Below are positions 38,335 through 44,401 of a DNA stretch of 44,401 bases, piece by piece. This DNA comes from Pelomyxa schiedti (Eukaryota > Protista > Evosea), in NCBI GenBank assembly GCA_020536535.1, contig JAHLWZ010000929.1:1-44401 (forward strand), read 5' to 3'. The notes beneath the pieces are model-generated. The model searched no databases and was not told the DNA's origin. It saw only the letters and a list, made by a program, of their open reading frames with translations. Position numbers and translations under genes: made by a program. How positions within the stretch are numbered: the stretch's first letter is position 1; each line of letters opens with the position of its first letter.

Positions 38335-38613
38335 CTTGTTTTGGCTGAGATCTTCCGAGACAGTCTCAGATTATGTGCATGTGGCGTATTGAACTGTGCC
38401 TCGTCAAGGGAGCGTTTGTCAAAAGGCCCTTGCCTTTGCTGCACTTTTCGGTTGGTGTTCCGCCAAATGAACGTCGTTTTCAGATAAAAAATTGTACTTG
38501 TTGGGCATTTTACCAAGGCTGGGACCAAGGCACAAAAAAGGATAAGGAAATGAAAGGTGGTTGGTTGTTTTCATACAATATTAACATTTGGGATATGTTA
38601 CCTTTCCCAGTGG

Positions 38614-39443
38614 TCAGTCGTGAATTGGTTTGCCAGGTGGAACAGCAGACGACGGAAATTGTTGTGTTGGTGCAGAGATTGGTGGAGGAGGGTATGGACC
38701 AATTGGGCCCGGCACGTTCGACATTGTGACTGGCTGAGGGGGCATCGGAGGCATTGGGCCCTGGAGCTGGGGCATTGGTGGCATGTTTGGAAGCTGCGGC
38801 ATTATGGGAACGCCTGGTTGTGGTGGTTGCTGCTGCTGTACAGCCATGGTCATTGGCATAGTCATAGGCTGAGCCTGAGGGGGATATCCTGGCTGGGTTT
38901 GGTATACAATTTGGCCTGGGGGCAGGGCTTGATTGGCCATTTGCATTTGCATGTGTTGTTGTGCTTGGGCCATTTGCATTTGTTGCTGTTGGGCCATTTG
39001 CATTTGTTGTTGTTGGTACATTTGGGGCTGCATTGTCATCATTGGTTGGGGCATCCCATAAGTAGTGGGTGGGGGATACGCCATTGGCACGGTGCCGGGC
39101 GGTGGCCCCATATTCATCACAACCTGGGTCTACATACAAAATTAAGTACACTTATTGCAGTGTCACTAGTATTTCCAAAAAGAATTACAACGAAACAAAA
39201 CCCAACCGTTGTGACATGGGTCTCAGGGTGCACCCAGCGAATGTTCTCCCTCTCCACCATTCCCTCAAGGAAAAAAGCATCCAGCAGCTGTCCTACCCCG
39301 CACATCCCCCCAGTGAAAAACCACAGCAGGCCAGTGCATGGCTTGCCCAGGTACATCCTGTGCAGCCCACAGAAGCCGCACCAACACCCGCACCACAGGC
39401 ACCATGCAGTAGCGTGCGATTTGCGCTCGTGCTCGTGTGGCAT
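38614..39443 (-). CDS. TM2-domain membrane protein with Gln/Pro/Met-rich cytoplasmic tail
   Basis: KSHATAWCLWCGCWCGFCGLHRMYLGKPCTGLLWFFTGGMCGVGQLLDAF matches the TM2 consensus. After one intron comes a PPPG/QQQQMQMAQ-rich tail ending PIHD*. Confidence 0.85.
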
Positions 39444-39591
39444 TATTCCCCTGCGCTGGTTGTTTGTTTTGGTCTCGGTGTCGGTGTCTGGGTTGTTGGT
39501 GTTTACTTTTGGTTTGGTGTTTTTTTTTTTGGTTGGTTGTTTTTTCTGGGGTCAGTGCAGTTTTGTTGATTCTGGGTTTCTGAACGCGGCG
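39444..39591. promoter_or_regulatory. Probable bidirectional promoter between divergent TM2 and ZZ-CAR genes
   Basis: Only 148 nt between divergent ATGs; GT/T-rich on the + strand. Confidence 0.45.
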
Positions 39592-42500
39592 ATGAGGGAG
39601 TTGGCGGGCGAGTATTGGTGCAACGAGTGCAAGAATGAAATCAAAGGTTTGTTTTTCTCTGTTGCTTCTGTATGATATCATGGGGACGACGTGGAACGTT
39701 GTAAGGGAGCAGACGGTACCACTGCACTGAGTGCTCACGGTACGACTTGTGTGAAAGTTGCCAGGCCATTGGCGTCCACCCTGAACATTGGGTGGTTCTT
39801 GAGGCCAGTCTCCCAGAGGACCTGGCTGCCGTGGTAAGCTTGCTTTCCGTTGGTTGCATTTTAATTGGAATGCATGTATGTGTTTTAACTGGAATGTATG
39901 TATCCAAAAAAAAAAAAAAGGTCTCTTCACAGGATACATTTGTTACTATGCTGTGGTCTGCACTGCAGTCATATGCAAACAGACCGTGCTTGGGAATCCG
40001 TAAAATTTTGTCTGATGGCAGTGTTACTCCTGGTTTTGAGTGGAAAACTTATGAACAGATACGCCAACAAACTGAGAGGCTATCTTATGGTTCCTTTTTT
40101 TATTACTGCTGTCTCCCCAGTCAAGTGAAAATGCAGGATTACTTGTCAAGTTGAGTCTAGCCCATGGCACTAGAATGGGAATTTGTGGCAAAAACTCTAT
40201 TGAGTGGTGAGTTGCGGACCTTTTTTTTTCTTTTTTCTATTTTGTAACTCTTATAGGTTTGTAACGGATATGGCTGTGATGTTTTGTGGACTTACAACTG
40301 TCCCTCTCCATATTGACTGGGACTTGCATACTACAGAGCAAATACTGCTCAACTCAGGAGTTGCAACTGTTTTCTGTGATTCCCACAAAATGGACTTCTT
40401 TCTCCAAATTTTGTCTAGTGGCAAATGCCCGTTGTTAAAGCACGTTTTCTGCCTTGATGTCAATGTATGCAATCAGTTAACAATTAGCACAAAATTACAG
40501 TGATATTTTGTGCATGTAGAAAACACCAAACATAAATGAATTGGAATGCCAAATTACAAACCCTGAAGTTTACGAAACTCTTGCTTATGTACCTGACGAT
40601 ATCCTTGCAATAATATACACTAGGTATCCCCACACCTTCACTCATCTCTTACAGCTTCAAGTGGCTCCACAGGGGTTCCAAAAGGCACAATTATTACTGA
40701 TGCCTTAATGCGGAAGTTTGTGGACCCACGGGGTATTCTTACCCGTAATGACCCCGATGTTGGTGTATCCAAAGGAAATTTGAACTGTATGGCTTTCTCC
40801 AAGAATAACTCCAGCTACAGACTCTCTTGCACACATATCCGATAGGGAGCATGTCTATACAAGACTTTGTCGTGGAGGTCGTTGTGGCATTTGCCCAATT
40901 CCTGAAAGGCTTTTTGAAGATATAAAAATTCTTGGCCCAACTTCCATCTCATCAACTCCTAGGTAAAGATATTTATTATAATCACGTATAACCGCTACCC
41001 TGTATTAATTAGGTTCTGGAACGTACTGCATTCTCAGTACCAGCAAGCTTTTGCACTCGAGTGTGCAAAGTTGCATTCACCATCTCCTCCTTCACTTGCA
41101 GAAGTTGAAGCACGTCGCCAGAGTATACTGGCTGAAATTAGATCAATGTTGGGCCCTCGTATCACCTTGCTAGGCACTGGAGGTGCCTACACAAGTCCTG
41201 AGGTAAAAGATTTTCTCAAAGAATGTTGGGGTGATAAGGTCCGAGGTATTGATTACAACACATAAATGAAGATGTGCAATAACGTCTTATTAAAATGATA
41301 GTGGTTGAGGGTTATGGCTCGACTGAAGCAGGCTCTATTGCAGGCGATGATGGCAAATTTTATTCATGTGTAACTGACTATAAGGTTTACTTTCAGGGTA
41401 TCAATATAAGACGTTAGTCTTCATTCCTTAGTAGATACTGGACTTACCTGAACTTGGCTATTCAAATAAGGACCTCCCTTATCCAAGGGGAGAACTCCTT
41501 CTGAAGACCAGTGAGATGACCCCAGGGTACTTTAACAACCCTGAAGCTAATTCCTCTACTTTCGATTCTGAGGGCTGGTATCACACAGGGGATATTGTAG
41601 CACTCATAGGTTTCAAAACATTCTGTTCATGTCTAGATTCACTTGCTTAGGTGAAAGGCAAATCAAAATTATTGACCGCATAAAAAATATCTTCAAACTG
41701 GCACAGGTAGCCTAGAAATGGGAGTTTTAGGTCCTTATTAACAAAATAAGGGGGAATTTGTGGAACCCCAAAGAGTAGAACAAATTCTCGAACACCACCC
41801 TTTAATTGCTCAAGCCTTTGTAACATGCGGGACAATCACCAAGTACCAGCAAAACTCAGTGGTACTTGTCCCACAACATATGTCACTAAAGGAGTGAGTG
41901 ATACTTCTTTTAGGCTGCTGTTCTTGTACTTTCACAGTCCTTTCTACAGAACTTACCCTCATGCTCACCACACTCAACTCCAGAGTTAGGGAAAATGGTT
42001 CTGAATTTCCAATTGTCACTCACTATTCACTTAGTATTCTAACTTTAGGCTCACTCTGCTTTAATGGAAATTTCAAGAAAAGAAAAACTGCGGCCATTTG
42101 AGGTATGCACACGAAATCGGCATTCTCCAATGTTTGTAATGTCAAATCTAGGTTCCCCGAGTATTAGTAATCGCAGATGAACCCTTTACAGTTGAAAATG
42201 GACTGCTAACTTCTTCAAACAAGTAATACAGTTATATTTTTGTCTCTTTAATAGAGCAAAGGATAAACCGGCTTGCCATAGAAAGGAAATATAGAGATAG
42301 AGTAGATATTGCCATCAATGAAGCTCAGAGAGACACACAAGATAGAGTTCTTGCATCCCTCGTATCAGAGGAAATAGCATTAACTTTGGGAGTAGACCAA
42401 CAGTCTATTCGAGGTTATTAACTGTAGTAAATCCCAATATGCAAACACCATTCAGATGACACCACATGGCAGAGTATAGGAGGAGATTCTCTTTCAGCAT

Positions 42501-44186
42501 TACGGCTTGTTACCTCTCTTAAGGAAAAACACAACGTAACTATTCCCGTGGAGCTTCTGCTGGATAATTCAATGAGTTTGGGGCAAATTTTTAAAGATGT
42601 GAGATAGAAACTTTCCTATTCTCTTGTGACAAAATTGATAAAGGACACCCCTGGGCACTCATCTGTTTCCCTGGAATCCCTTTTTGATGATGTGTCATTA
42701 GAATCTCTCAGTGGCCTGAAATATGTGCAAGACTGTGACCCTACACATACAGGAGTTTTCATTACGGGCTGCACAGGATTTGTTGGAATTCATCTATTAG
42801 CATTTCTACTGAAAGAAACAACTTGGAACATCACTTGCTTAGTCCGCTGTGACAACAAAGAAATAGGATTTGCTAAGCTCTCTGCTTTACTAGCCAGTGT
42901 TAGTGACCAGGCCTTTGAAAACAGTGTTTTAGAAAGAGTGCAAGTTATTCCTGGAGACCTTTCGCAGCCGAGATTGGCTTTAACTGAGGCATGCCTGGAG
43001 GAATTGATTGCACGTGGTACCTTTGCAACAGTTTTTCATGTAGGAGCATGGGTAAATCATGCAATGCCATATTCTGCACTCAGGTACCAAGTGCTTTTTT
43101 TTTTTTTTTTGTTTAATTTTGTGAACCAATGCAGGGCAACAAATGTGTTCGGTACCAAGGAACTTGCTAAAATTGCACTGCAAGCTGGAACAAAATGTTT
43201 TATTCACGTATCTTCTGTATCAACTGCTGATGACGATGGATCATTTTTGACAGAAATGTCCTCTTCTACTGAACATATGTTTATTTGATTAAAGCACTCT
43301 CAGAAACGCCGCTTCGAAGAATGGGTATGCTACAAGTAAGTGGTGCGCAGAGATGATTGTACAACAAATTTCTGGCAATTTTCTTCTCCCCGTAATTACA
43401 GCTAGGTAGCTGATCCCTACCCTTTTTTTTCTCCCAAATTGACAGTTAATTCAGGCTTGGAATGGTCTGCTCCTCTACGGAGACTGGCTACGGGAACAAA
43501 GCCGATTGGCTTCATCGCCTCATTGCCGGGTGCGTTGCGCTGCGCGCAGTTCCACAAAGCACATCCAAGCTCAATCTCATCCCGGTTGATTCTGTGGCTC
43601 GCCTGCTGCACTTCTTAAGCACTTCCGGCCTCGTGGATTCCGATGCTGTTGAGTTTTTTTTTATTTTTCCTCCTGAGCCTAAAACTCCCCCCCCCACTCT
43701 TATCCTCAGAATCGCTACGTCAAAGTCACTCTGGCCAACTCTGACCGCATAGAATTCACACAGATAGCCAACTGGCTGGCCACACACGCGCAGTGCGCGC
43801 CAGTCCACCGCTCCCTGTGGTTGTTGGAACTCCACAGGCAACTGGGAATTCAACAACCACAGCTTTCACTCCAGCAACAAGTTCCAATTCCCCCGGCAAC
43901 AACAGCTTCATCCACACCGACTTCGTCGACTACGTCAACATCAACCTCAACCTCAGCTTCAGTTTCTGCAGTTACTTGTGCTGTTTCAAAAACAACTGCA
44001 ACAACCACAAGCACTACAACTACAAAGCAGCAATCCCTTTTGGAGGGGCTCCTTCTGTTCCCGACAGGACAAGTGCCTGAGGACCCTCCTACATATACAT
44101 TCTGTCCAGATGGCTTTGTGACCCCTGTGCTCAATGAGGAAATATTCCTCAAGTACCTAAAGTGGTGCACGGCCACGGGATGGTAA
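39592..44186 (+). CDS. Carboxylic acid reductase-like / NRPS-like A-T-R enzyme with an N-terminal ZZ-type zinc finger
   Basis: ZZ: CNECKNEIK|GSRRYHCTECSRYDLCESCQAIGVHPEH. Adenylation: IIYT|SGSTGVPKG, EGYGSTEAG, YPRGELL, GYFNNPE, WYHTGDI, IIDRIKNIFKLAQ|GEFV, LLTSSN|KINR. Thiolation: GGDSLSA. Reductase: ITGCTGFVG, GDLSQPRLAL, HVGAWVNH, NVFGT, GYATSKW. Confidence 0.9.
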
Positions 44187-44401
44187 CAGACTGGAACCTT
44201 TTTTACACCACAAGGGCCGATATTCAAAAATATCGGTGGGTTATGTGTTTTGGGATGGTGAATAAAAGGCAAGGTGTCCTTGTCTTCTTTGTTTTCAATT
44301 TTTCAATTTTTTTTACCTGGAAATTATTCAGTGGACAAAGTTTGTAGAACCAATCCCACCTGGTTTTGCCCACTGAGTTTGTTTAGTAGTCCGGTTAAAA
44401 T

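Noticed and set aside
38557-39675. 372-aa plus-strand His/Leu-rich ORF
   Set aside because: Antisense/alternate-frame shadow of the TM2 gene's repetitive tail.

Overview
Compact, intron-dense eukaryotic DNA: most introns are ~40-60 nt, mostly GT-AG, and many intergenic gaps are 100-350 nt. The ORF track therefore shows only exon fragments, and the gene models below were spliced by eye. Gene content (SH2 adaptor, talin-F0-like domains, CX18 GATA) and architecture suggest an amoebozoan protist, possibly an archamoeba; this is inference only. In order, the window holds: the 3' end of an unknown gene, an EXPERA/EBP-like membrane protein, a FAR-17a/AIG1-like hydrolase, a RING-H2 E3 ligase, Sec61beta, full-length TOR kinase, a PH-SH2-Ubl(F0)x2 adaptor, a NudC-type NADH pyrophosphatase, an HMG-box/P-loop NTPase-like fusion, a Ubl-TBC RabGAP, a GH27 alpha-galactosidase, a class IV sirtuin-Kelch fusion, a GATA factor, a MITE-like inverted repeat, a TM2 protein and a ZZ-finger carboxylic-acid-reductase-like (A-T-R) enzyme. 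The most striking observations are four unusual domain fusions (ZZ-CAR, HMG plus degenerate NTPase, sirtuin-Kelch, PH-SH2-F0-LD adaptor) and unusual splicing signals (poly-A acceptors, GC donors, a 7-nt microexon). There is no evidence of an operon-like system, CRISPR array or RNA gene. No database searches were run.
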